NCBI GenBank assembly: GCA_021734165.1
Contig: JAIPJL010000001.1
Location: 8,792 to 72,791 of the forward strand
Source of the DNA: a bacterium
GTDB taxonomy: Bacteria > Electryoneota > AABM5-125-24 > Hatepunaeales > Hatepunaeaceae
DNA length: 64,000 nucleotides
Direction of reading: 5' to 3'
Part shown: positions 20,958-29,816 of the stretch, in pieces
Position numbering within the stretch: the stretch's first letter is position 1
How the letters are laid out: the number at the start of each line of letters is the position of its first letter
The notes under the pieces: generated by a model
Told to the model about the DNA's origin: nothing
Seen by the model: only the letters and a program-made list of their open reading frames with translations
Database searches by the model: none
Made by a program: the position numbers and the translations under genes

Positions 20958-22059
20958 TTTCCCAACCTCGTACCACTATTTCAGCAGGCGTAAGGTCAGC
21001 CACAGGTTTCAGAGGCTTCGTTATCACATGTGAACCCTCTTGACGCGAGAACCATAACTCTTCACCTCTTGCCATTTCATTAATGATCTCAGGGTGATGC
21101 GAGATAATAATGACTTGTCGATCATACTCATCGCAGATATCTTTCAGGTTGTTTATCCAGGGCTGAATTTCCCTTAGTGAAACGAAATTATCCGGCTCAT
21201 CTATTAAAATTTCCGTGTAAATTCCTATCTGAAGCGCTAACATTAGGGTGTAAAGTATAATTAGTTGGCGTTGCCCATCAGATAAGGATAGAAAATCAAA
21301 ATCCCTGTCCTTGCCGTTGATCCTGAAGGTTGCTGTTAAACGACGTGACGAACCAACCTCTTTCAGACGCAAGCTCTCAAAGCCTGGAAGTACGTCTTTC
21401 AAATGCTCTTTAGTCAGGTAACTTATATTTGGGTGTTCCTGAAAGATGTAGCGACACCATTCTGAAAAGTTCTCTGCATGAAAGGATAGCCATCGTGTTT
21501 CGGATTCAGCATCTTGTTTTACAAAATGAGGTATGGGGTTAATAAGCAACCATTTTAAAACAGCTTCACGGAAACGAAGCAGCGGCTCATTGCCTTCGTT
21601 TTCAGCGATAGTAGAAATAACCGAACGACTCCAGTCTGCCCCAAACGAAACTCCCTTCTCGGGTTTACCAGTATCTCTATTGACTCGATATAGGTGTGTG
21701 TTCTTTCCGTCAAACAGGTAGAAAGTGGAATCATTCCACTTCAATTCCTCTCTATCGATCCTGATCTTGTTCTCAGATTTTAACCACTCTATGCTAAGAT
21801 TGTAATCATAACTATCATTGTCTATCAGCATTGAAAAACCAATGGTCTGCGTTGTACGCTTGTCCCATACAGTCAAATCTGAGATGCTAAATATATCCTC
21901 CACATGGTTACCTTTTAAGAGAGACTGAATGTTTCTCAAAGCGGTAAGCACTGTGGATTTGCCGGAACCGTTATCACCAAGCCAGAGCTGAAATTCTCCC
22001 GGTTGGATGCGGAAATTGGTTAAACACTTGAAATTGTCAATGTAAATTTCTTTTATCAT
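20950..22059 (-). CDS. ABC-type ATPase, AAA_21-like
   Basis: IDNFKC, GDNGSGKS, LSDGQR, IDEPDN, SHHP. Confidence 0.88.
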   Translation of the reverse strand: MIKEIYIDNFKCLTNFRIQPGEFQLWLGDNGSGKSTVLTALRNIQSLLKGNHVEDIFSISDLTVWDKRTTQTIGFSMLIDNDSYDYNLSIEWLKSENKIRIDREELKWNDSTFYLFDGKNTHLYRVNRDTGKPEKGVSFGADWSRSVISTIAENEGNEPLLRFREAVLKWLLINPIPHFVKQDAESETRWLSFHAENFSEWCRYIFQEHPNISYLTKEHLKDVLPGFESLRLKEVGSSRRLTATFRINGKDRDFDFLSLSDGQRQLIILYTLMLALQIGIYTEILIDEPDNFVSLREIQPWINNLKDICDEYDRQVIIISHHPEIINEMARGEELWFSRQEGSHVITKPLKPVADLTPAEIVVRGWENE

Positions 22060-22236
22060 CGTTGATCCTTTCTTCTGTGCTTGTTGAATATCCCTTTCAG
22101 CAAAATTAACATTATATGTCTCTAAATCAAAACATTATTTAATAAAAGTGGTTCTTCGCTTAATCGTATGGTTAATGAATTTAACACTGCTGTCTAAAAT
22201 AAATTACAAACGTAGCGAGCTTTGTTACTCCGAATA

Positions 22237-22878
22237 TCAAACAGCGCATGTTCCCGTTCCAAGTGCTTTAAAGCTCATCCCTTTATCGAGCAAAGTTCTC
22301 AAGATACCAGGCAGCGCTTCCAACATATTATCGACATAATTTCCTTTGTCATGGAGCAGGACAATATCTCCTGGCTTAACCTTCTTAACGATACGCTCAA
22401 CGAGTAACTTTGGTTGTATCGGTCGATAATCGCCTGCCGATAGCGACCAGAGAACGATTTGCATATTCAAGGATTTTACAACTGAAAGCAGGGGTAATCC
22501 TATGCGTCCGTAAGGTGGACGAAACAACCTTGAATTGCACAATCCGGCGTCGGATATTGCGCCTATGGAGCGGTTGATCTGATCGAGTACGGTTTCTCTT
22601 CCTGCCCAGACAAGCGAGCGATGGTCGTAACTATGACTTGCCACGGTGTGACCTGCTTCGTAAGTCTGTTTGATGATGTCAGGATATTGATCTGCCTGTG
22701 TTCCAATCACAAAAAACGTTGCTTTGCAGTTATACTCGTTGAGGATACTCAGCAGTTTAGTCGTATTAACCGGATCGGGACCGTCATCGAATGTTAAATA
22801 TATCCCATCCGGATCTCCTCGGCTGATTACGTTTGGAAATATAACTGAAGCAGCTTGTGGAAAAATATCTGAAAACAT
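22237..22878 (-). CDS. Polysaccharide deacetylase (NodB/CE4)
   Basis: LTFDDGP, HSYDH, FRPPYG, LLHD; start taken at the ATG overlapping the GT2 stop. Confidence 0.92.
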   Translation of the reverse strand: MFSDIFPQAASVIFPNVISRGDPDGIYLTFDDGPDPVNTTKLLSILNEYNCKATFFVIGTQADQYPDIIKQTYEAGHTVASHSYDHRSLVWAGRETVLDQINRSIGAISDAGLCNSRLFRPPYGRIGLPLLSVVKSLNMQIVLWSLSAGDYRPIQPKLLVERIVKKVKPGDIVLLHDKGNYVDNMLEALPGILRTLLDKGMSFKALGTGTCAV

Positions 22879-24029
22879 CAGGCTTTCCCCTTGCTCTGAA
22901 ATTGCTGCCCTTTCCATTCGAAGCTGCTGAAATGTCCTCCAATTACAAACATTACCGTAACTAAGGGATAGATAAACTCGAGAATGAAAAACTCTGAAAG
23001 ACTATATTTTTCACAGAATAAACTGCTGCCGAGACTGAGCGCCTGCCAGTCAACCAGTAGCCTCATGGCTACCCAGATGAGAAAATACCGCCAATCAGAC
23101 GCAAGATAAGCAATGATTGGGCTGATGACCAGCAATAGTAAAAACAAAAACACACCGGCAAGGATAACCTTGCGTGAAGTTCGGTAGTAAAGTCCTTTAG
23201 AACCCCAGCGGATGCGCTGATGCCAAAGTTCTTTCAGTGTTGTTACAGGTTTGGTTTCAACGATTGCTTCCGGTAAGGCAGCGACAGCGATCTTCCAGTC
23301 GGTATTGGCGGCTTTAGCGAGTAATAGTTCATCATCACCGGAGATTATTTTTTCATAACCATCCCAGCCGTTTATTTCATCGAAGAGCTGTTTACGATAA
23401 GCAAGGCTTGCGCCTGTGCAGTGAAAGGGCATTCCGGCGGCGACAAGTCCTGCAGATGCATATCCTAAGGATTGGAAATCGAGAAATTGCAGCTTTTGCC
23501 AAAATGGAATTCGATTTTTGTTATTAGCGACAAACCGCGCTTGCCCAACTACCATTCCAACTTCAGGCGTCATTGTCGTGACAAGTGCGCGTATCCAGCC
23601 GGGATCATGTTTACAGTCAGCGTCAGTAGTTAATATTATCTCGCCTGTGGATGCTGCAATGCCTTTCTCTAATGCCTGCTTTTTAGGACTGATCCCTTGT
23701 GTTATTTCGCTTTGTTTGATAAGCTTGATTCTTTTATCTTGCTCGGAGAATTTCCTGACAATCTCAGAAGTATCATCTTCAGAACGATCATCTACAATGG
23801 TGATCTCCATCAAATCATGCGGATAGTTCTGCTTGAGAAGACTATTAAGCGTATCCGAAATGTTTTCCGCTTCATTGCGAGCTGCTATAATGATGCTAAC
23901 GCGGGGAGTTGCTTCCGATTCTTGCTGCGGCGTCATTTTCAGGCGCATCAGCCCGATGACAATACGGTTAAGTAACAGTAAATAAAAAAAGCCGCCGATG
24001 GACAGTATTATTTTCCAGACAAGTAGCAA
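22878..24029 (-). CDS. GT2 family membrane glycosyltransferase
   Basis: AARNE, DDRSED, TDADC, SGDD, QRIRW; flanking TM helices. Confidence 0.92.
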   Translation of the reverse strand: MLLVWKIILSIGGFFYLLLLNRIVIGLMRLKMTPQQESEATPRVSIIIAARNEAENISDTLNSLLKQNYPHDLMEITIVDDRSEDDTSEIVRKFSEQDKRIKLIKQSEITQGISPKKQALEKGIAASTGEIILTTDADCKHDPGWIRALVTTMTPEVGMVVGQARFVANNKNRIPFWQKLQFLDFQSLGYASAGLVAAGMPFHCTGASLAYRKQLFDEINGWDGYEKIISGDDELLLAKAANTDWKIAVAALPEAIVETKPVTTLKELWHQRIRWGSKGLYYRTSRKVILAGVFLFLLLLVISPIIAYLASDWRYFLIWVAMRLLVDWQALSLGSSLFCEKYSLSEFFILEFIYPLVTVMFVIGGHFSSFEWKGQQFQSKGKA

Positions 24030-24031
24030 TT

Positions 24032-25012
24032 CTAAACTTCCTTTTTACGTTTATCGATCTGAAGACGACTGATAAACAGAACGCCAATTAAAGCAGGTAT
24101 CAGTACGTTCATGGCGAACATGAGGATGGAGGCGTTGAAAGCAGCTTCAGGAGAAGCGCCGAACTGACCGAAAAATTGTACGGATACAAGCTGATCTACT
24201 CCGAGGTCGGCAATAGCAATAGGTAAAGCTGTTTTCGCAAAGAGAATAGCTGCTGCGCCGCGTATGCTGGTGAATATGTCTAACTGAGCAAAACTGCTGA
24301 TTAGCAGGTAGTACTGGACAAGGAATACAATGTAATGCGCAAGAGTCAACAGCAGCGTAAACCGCGCTTGCGGGGCGTTGAAATAATCCAAGCCATGCGC
24401 CAGTTGAGCGATTCTGTTTCGTCGCGGAAAGGTAATTTGAAGTGAATAGATAAGGCTTCTAATGGGTCGAGGATCAAGCGCCAAATAAAGCAGCAGCAAT
24501 CCAAGTATTAATACGAGGATAATAATCGAGATAAATAGGTGTGTTTTGGATATAAAGACATCCATCTCGATAATATCGAAAGTTCCGAGCTTAAATATCC
24601 AGGGTAATGTTATCAGGGCAGGAAGTCCGAATGCTACAGTACAGCCGATGTTGTAAAATTTATCAATTATCGTTAAACCGACGAGGTTCAGCGTATTGTG
24701 TTTGATAAAGAAACCGCGTCCGTATTCACCGATACGTCCCGGAGTCACAATACCGAGTGCATAACCGCCAAGTAATGAACCGAGTGACTCATTGAAGGTG
24801 ATGCCGGGATAAATAAGCCTGACGAGATAGCGCCATTTATACTCGGTCAGCCAGATATTCAAGGGCATGAGCAGAAATGCGGCAATTACAAGGCTATATT
24901 CCGCGGAGCGGAAAGCAGAAATGATAGCTTCCATGCGGATGGTGCGATACATTAAGCCAAGCAGAACAACAGCAACGGCGACTTTAATCCAGAATAGCGT
25001 TCGTTTCTTCAT
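24032..25012 (-). CDS. Lysylphosphatidylglycerol synthase TM-domain (flippase-like) protein
   Basis: Multi-TM; KW..L, TPGRIGE and IDK motifs. Confidence 0.85.
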   Translation of the reverse strand: MKKRTLFWIKVAVAVVLLGLMYRTIRMEAIISAFRSAEYSLVIAAFLLMPLNIWLTEYKWRYLVRLIYPGITFNESLGSLLGGYALGIVTPGRIGEYGRGFFIKHNTLNLVGLTIIDKFYNIGCTVAFGLPALITLPWIFKLGTFDIIEMDVFISKTHLFISIIILVLILGLLLLYLALDPRPIRSLIYSLQITFPRRNRIAQLAHGLDYFNAPQARFTLLLTLAHYIVFLVQYYLLISSFAQLDIFTSIRGAAAILFAKTALPIAIADLGVDQLVSVQFFGQFGASPEAAFNASILMFAMNVLIPALIGVLFISRLQIDKRKKEV

Positions 25013-25938
25013 TAATAGACTGATTTACGAGGCAGATACAAATTTCTCAAGCCCTCTGTGCAGTTACGACACATCGGTATTTTATCCCTGCCTCCGTGAT
25101 TGACGACGTGTTGGAATTCTCTGATCGTTTTTCCTTTCCAGATTTCGCGCCAGGGCTGTTTGAAAGCATTGCCCATTGAGTGAAAGTCGTTGGTACTAAA
25201 ACAGCAGGGCAGTACATCCCCGTTCCATGCAACTACGGCGGAGTGAGCAAGTCTGCGGCAATTGGAGCGTGTTCTGTTCATCTCAAGATGATCGTTAACA
25301 AGTTTATACCGCCATAGCCTTGGGTCATCCGGCAAATGAGTCAAAGATTCTTCCAAATTTTCCGGATGCGAAACCCTGTAGGTCTTAAATTTAACCTCGT
25401 CAACTCCCAATGACAAGGTTAAATCATAAATAGCTTTGAATTGTGATTTTGATTGGCGTGAAATTAAACACTCGACGATGACCTTTGGTTTTCGGCTGCC
25501 GAGGCTCTTGCGAGCTTCAACGAGCGCGCGAACGCCTTTCTCAACGTCCGTCAGTGAACCACCTTTTCTGATGCGAGAATATGTTTCTTCATCAGCTCCG
25601 TCTATACCGATGCTAATTCTATTCAATCCGGATTTTACAATATTTTCAGCTAATCCACTTTTAGACAGCAGGATGCCGTTGGTATGAGTCTGAGTCCAGA
25701 TTTTACGCCGTGTCGCTTCAGCAACCATTGCAGTAAAATCGGGAGCAACGAGGGGATCGCCTCGGTGCCAGAGATTGAGGAATCTCAGCCAGGGTAATTG
25801 TTTGATGACATGGACGAAATACGCGATGCGCATCACGCCTCCGCCTCTACCGGAGGCGGTCGGGCAGTCAGGACAGTCAAGATTGCAGGCTGCGGATGGC
25901 TCCATCCAGAGCATTATGGGAGTCGGAAAACGAAACAC
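25012..25938 (-). CDS. Radical SAM protein with SPASM/twitch domain
   Basis: CNLDCPDC, TNG, GIDG; C-terminal C...G.V.PCC...CRNC. Confidence 0.9.
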   Translation of the reverse strand: MFRFPTPIMLWMEPSAACNLDCPDCPTASGRGGGVMRIAYFVHVIKQLPWLRFLNLWHRGDPLVAPDFTAMVAEATRRKIWTQTHTNGILLSKSGLAENIVKSGLNRISIGIDGADEETYSRIRKGGSLTDVEKGVRALVEARKSLGSRKPKVIVECLISRQSKSQFKAIYDLTLSLGVDEVKFKTYRVSHPENLEESLTHLPDDPRLWRYKLVNDHLEMNRTRSNCRRLAHSAVVAWNGDVLPCCFSTNDFHSMGNAFKQPWREIWKGKTIREFQHVVNHGGRDKIPMCRNCTEGLRNLYLPRKSVY

Positions 25939-25940
25939 GC

Positions 25941-27002
25941 TTATTCTGTTTTTCCGCTTAATTTATCCTTTGCCAGCTTTCCAAGCTCCTGTAAATGCTT
26001 TATGTCGTTTTTCTTTCTATCAGCCACACTTTTAGAGAATTTCAGTTTCGATGCAGTCTCCTCTGTTTTTACAACTTCTTCCCATTTCCCTAACTCAAAA
26101 TAAGCAACGCCTAACTTGTGCAGACAATCAATTTCGTTATAATAATTGTTGCGTTCATCATTAGCAACTAATAGATACATCGGTTCCAGCAAAGTTATCG
26201 CCTCTTCCCATCTCTCGGATTTAATCAATGCTCTTATCAGCAGCCAGTTAAACGCTCTGACATTATTGTATTCTTTTAACAGATCTTGCTCAATACGGAT
26301 TGCCTCTTCGTAATTACCCTTCTCATAGGCGATCCAGGCAAGGCTGTTGCGAGCGGATATTCTGGTCAGGCTGCCATACTCTGCGGCTATCTCTAAATAT
26401 CTGAGACCTTCATCACGTTGATCAGGAATAATGCCGATGCTTCTAAGTATCCCTGCATATTTGCTGCGATAATACTTATACATGCCCAAGCCGTAATACA
26501 CATCCCAGTTTGTCGAATCAAGTTCAATAGCTTTTTCGAGATAATTACCACCGTTAATTACATGTTTTATTGACTTGAATAATCTACCCTGACGCTGGTA
26601 TATAACCGAACGGTACAGCTCTGTCATACCGCGATAAAACCAGAGTTCCGACGTTTGATCGGCGTCCTTGAGCTTAGCTTCAACTAACTGATCCGTTCTA
26701 TCGCAGGCATTCAGAATATCAGGGAAATCAATTTCGTCTTCATAGTCCATAGCACGGGCGGACAGAATGGTCGCTTTAAGCAGAGGAATATATGGATTAT
26801 CCGGTTGAACAGACCGAATACTGTCGATCAGCGTTAAAGCTTGGTCGTATTGTTCGCGTGTACCAAGATCGATGATGGTTTCGCTTAGTTTACTGGTTCT
26901 GTTAATATCTTTGGTTTCAGAGCAGGTTGCTTTGTTGCCAAATCCAAAGTGCAGAACGAATAGGATTAATAATATGTTTTTTATGTTGTTACTTTTTACC
27001 AA
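25941..27002 (-). CDS. Exported TPR-repeat protein
   Basis: Signal peptide; helical repeats such as LEKAIELD...YYGLG and YEEAI. Confidence 0.8.
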   Translation of the reverse strand: MVKSNNIKNILLILFVLHFGFGNKATCSETKDINRTSKLSETIIDLGTREQYDQALTLIDSIRSVQPDNPYIPLLKATILSARAMDYEDEIDFPDILNACDRTDQLVEAKLKDADQTSELWFYRGMTELYRSVIYQRQGRLFKSIKHVINGGNYLEKAIELDSTNWDVYYGLGMYKYYRSKYAGILRSIGIIPDQRDEGLRYLEIAAEYGSLTRISARNSLAWIAYEKGNYEEAIRIEQDLLKEYNNVRAFNWLLIRALIKSERWEEAITLLEPMYLLVANDERNNYYNEIDCLHKLGVAYFELGKWEEVVKTEETASKLKFSKSVADRKKNDIKHLQELGKLAKDKLSGKTE

Positions 27003-27041
27003 TTATCAGGTCTTTTCTTCATCGATGAGTATAAATCTTTG

Positions 27042-27134
27042 TTGCATTTGAGTTGCATATGAATTGCGTTTGTGTTGCGTTTGTGTCATGTATGAACATC
27101 TTGTATATTAAGCACATAAGGAATAACTTTGCGT
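27042..27134. repeat. 11-bp-period TTGC(A/G)T box array
   Basis: Boxes at 27042, 27053, 27064, 27075 and a single box at 27129. Confidence 0.8.
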
Positions 27135-27136
27135 TT

Positions 27137-27399
27137 TTATGGTTTATTTTTGTGTAAACTTTCTATAAACCAGAGTGAATCTCTTCTATTTCCTGTTTTA
27201 TATATTTTCCGCTCATTTCTGAGTATTTTAAGCAGCCGATAAATTTGATCTTTTGTTAAATCAGGTAATACATGCAATAAATCCCTCATACGACTTCCTT
27301 TTTCATTAAATGTGGTGATGTGCTGTATTAACAATGCTTTATTAGTTTCTTCATTTAATCCTTTCCTTCGAGTATAAGTTCCTTTGTCGTCAAATAAAG
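27137..27399 (-). pseudogene. C-terminal wHTH remnant of an AlbA_2-HATPase paralog
   Basis: KGTYTRRKGLNEETNKALL...LPDLT..QI aligns with the C-terminus of 27808-29439; 5' end replaced by a MITE. Confidence 0.85.
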
Positions 27400-27649
27400 T
27401 CACTACTGTCCCGTTAAAAGTTAAATAACAAAAATTGTTTATGATTTGTAAGGTTAAAGTAACATTATAATAATCTGTAACTACTTGAGAAAACTAAACT
27501 TTCTTAAATAGTGAAATGCTTAAAATTTGTGATATTTCATTAAGACTACGTTAATCAATTTCAAATCGAAAACAGTTTTTGAGAGACATTTATCTTGTAA
27601 TATTCGTTAGTTATACGTTTTTTCTAAATCCTTAACGGGACAGTAGTGA
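27400..27649. mobile_element. 250-bp MITE-like non-autonomous element
   Basis: Perfect 18-bp terminal inverted repeats TCACTACTGTCCCGTTAA (27400-27417 and 27632-27649); no ORF inside; no clear target-site duplication. Confidence 0.8.
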
Positions 27650-27693
27650 TACTTTTATTGTACTTTTATTGTACTTTTATTGTACTTTTATTG
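27650..27693. repeat. Tandem repeat (TACTTTTATTG)x4
   Basis: Four perfect 11-mers. Confidence 0.95.
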
Positions 27694-27807
27694 TGTAAAG
27701 TATAGGTCGTATATATATTAAATACAAGTACTTAAAAATTTCTTATGTGTGAATATTGTATTTTTGGTGTAAAAAATTTACATTGTTAATAGATTTATGT
27801 AACAATT

Positions 27808-29439
27808 CTACATAGTGAACCAATGGGCGGCTTTTGTAGCACCAACTATTTTGATTTTACCCTCATTTTTTAAGTTGTTTAACAAACTACTTATTTGTCT
27901 TCTTGACAAATCTGGAAGTACTTGCATGAATTCGCTCATTGTGCTTCCCTCCTTATTGTATGTTTTTATATGTTCCAATAAAAGTGCTTTGTTCGTTTCT
28001 TTGTCCAATCCCTTCTTACGTGTATAAGTCCCTTTTTCTCCCAAGTGCGAATAGTACTTTCTGGATAGTATCAGATGATGTTTGCCTTTTTCGGGTCGCT
28101 CAACTACGTTATGCTTTAGTAGATGCTGGATTCTTTTATTAACAATATCTCGCTCAAGGGTTTTTGGGTATCGACCTTTCTTTCGGATGGAATCAAGGAT
28201 AAGATAATCTTCTGAAGAAAAATTAGTCTGAGTTTCTTTGCCGATCTTTTCAAGGAAACTTATAAAACCAGGATCTTCGATTTTACCCGATAAATCTACC
28301 ACAACCTCAGTTCTATCTGATTGTGAGTAATCCGGCAGAGCTTTACTCTCCATAATACACTGTCGGAACATCAATCTTGTCCCTTGATTTGATCTCTCAA
28401 CTAAACCGCACTTTGCGAGGACGTCAGCTATTCGACGGTTGCGTGGAACTTGTTTGGTGAGGATGTTTTCAGGATTGACGCCTTCCGGGAAACCGCCTGG
28501 ACTGCTAACTGAAATTTTCTCCGGGTACTGCCTGATGAAAACTGAACCGGGATGACGATAATCACGATGACTGATAGCATTAAGTATGGCTTCTCTGACA
28601 ACTTCTTCATTCAGACTCTTGATATCCCATTTGAAGAAGCCATCCTGAATATATTGTCTTGTGTTTCGGTTATCTATAATTTTCCATAAATCGTCAAAGT
28701 ACTTAAAGAAACCAACATTAAATTCTTCTCTTGCGTCATATTCAATCTTTGCTTCATTTGCTCGATATTCAAAGACAAGTTCAGAGCGGGGAATATAATC
28801 TCTTATAGCTTTCCTTTTCCCGAGCAGAATCAATGCTGCATAGGTTACTCTATTGTTAACGATGAGTTCAATGTCATTTAGCAATTGTGAATCGGTACTA
28901 TTTCGAATGTCTTTATTTCCTGATTTGATACTCCATATATTCCTCAGTTGATGAATAGCCTCATCATCAAGATCGGTTAGTGATGCCCCTTTACAGATTT
29001 CAGAAGAAAAATCCTGATGCTCCTCGTCAAGGATTTCTTTGAGTGTGTTTGGCGGCATATCGCTAATACTATCGCCAATCCTCATCAAATATCTGCCTTT
29101 GTAACGTATTGGTTGACCGATTGTTCTTGACGGTATATCAAAGATTAAAACGCGCACATCAGGATGCTGAACTTCCCGAATATTAACACGAATGTTTAGT
29201 TCATCAAAGACTTTCTTTTTTATCTTATCAAGATTTTGGAATGCACTCGTTCCGACAACCAATCTTGGTAATTTGTCAGTGACGCCAAGTACCAACTTGC
29301 CGCCTCTTTCGTTTGCGATAGCCGCACAGTACATTACTGTTTTCTCGATATTAAAGCTAGATTTTGCTTCTTTGAACTCGAGGTGTTCTGTTTCTTTCAA
29401 GGTTAGCAGAGATTCTAATTCTGCTATCAAATTATGCAT
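27808..29439 (-). CDS. AlbA_2 (Schlafen-like) + HATPase_c_4 (RecG-C-like) + wHTH protein
   Basis: ETEHLEFKE, AIANERGG.LVLGV.D, REAILNAISHRDY, SPGG, PRN..IA; C-terminal wHTH. Confidence 0.88.
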   Translation of the reverse strand: MHNLIAELESLLTLKETEHLEFKEAKSSFNIEKTVMYCAAIANERGGKLVLGVTDKLPRLVVGTSAFQNLDKIKKKVFDELNIRVNIREVQHPDVRVLIFDIPSRTIGQPIRYKGRYLMRIGDSISDMPPNTLKEILDEEHQDFSSEICKGASLTDLDDEAIHQLRNIWSIKSGNKDIRNSTDSQLLNDIELIVNNRVTYAALILLGKRKAIRDYIPRSELVFEYRANEAKIEYDAREEFNVGFFKYFDDLWKIIDNRNTRQYIQDGFFKWDIKSLNEEVVREAILNAISHRDYRHPGSVFIRQYPEKISVSSPGGFPEGVNPENILTKQVPRNRRIADVLAKCGLVERSNQGTRLMFRQCIMESKALPDYSQSDRTEVVVDLSGKIEDPGFISFLEKIGKETQTNFSSEDYLILDSIRKKGRYPKTLERDIVNKRIQHLLKHNVVERPEKGKHHLILSRKYYSHLGEKGTYTRKKGLDKETNKALLLEHIKTYNKEGSTMSEFMQVLPDLSRRQISSLLNNLKNEGKIKIVGATKAAHWFTM

Positions 29440-29464
29440 ATTTCCACCTGTTCAGTTGCGTTCG

Positions 29465-29806
29465 TTACATCCACCTGCCAACCAATCCAAACAACTGCAT
29501 GGCAACCAGATGTATCGCCAGGATTTTAATCTTCTTTGCAACGGTGTGAATTGAGTACTTATAAGTCAGTACAAGATAAAGGACGGTATATGTAATAGCA
29601 ATAGTTAAAATTTCAGAAATTACTTCATAGGTTGTTGTTTTTGACATCTCTAAAAGCAGTGCTGCCGGTAATGACAGGAGATTGGCAACAATTACCCAAA
29701 GTATCATCTTCTTCCAGCTTTGACTGTGATCCTGGGTTACAAAAACATAAGCCAGCCAGAACACCGCCGCGCTGACAAGCAGCATGATAATGGGTATGAT
29801 GTACAT
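29465..29806 (-). CDS. Small integral membrane hypothetical protein
   Basis: GAGGAGG RBS; about 4 hydrophobic segments. Confidence 0.7.
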   Translation of the reverse strand: MYIIPIIMLLVSAAVFWLAYVFVTQDHSQSWKKMILWVIVANLLSLPAALLLEMSKTTTYEVISEILTIAITYTVLYLVLTYKYSIHTVAKKIKILAIHLVAMQLFGLVGRWM

Positions 29807-29816
29807 AGTTACCTCC

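Noticed and set aside
27650..27693. Possible CRISPR array
   Set aside because: Units are 11 bp with no spacers, and no cas genes are present
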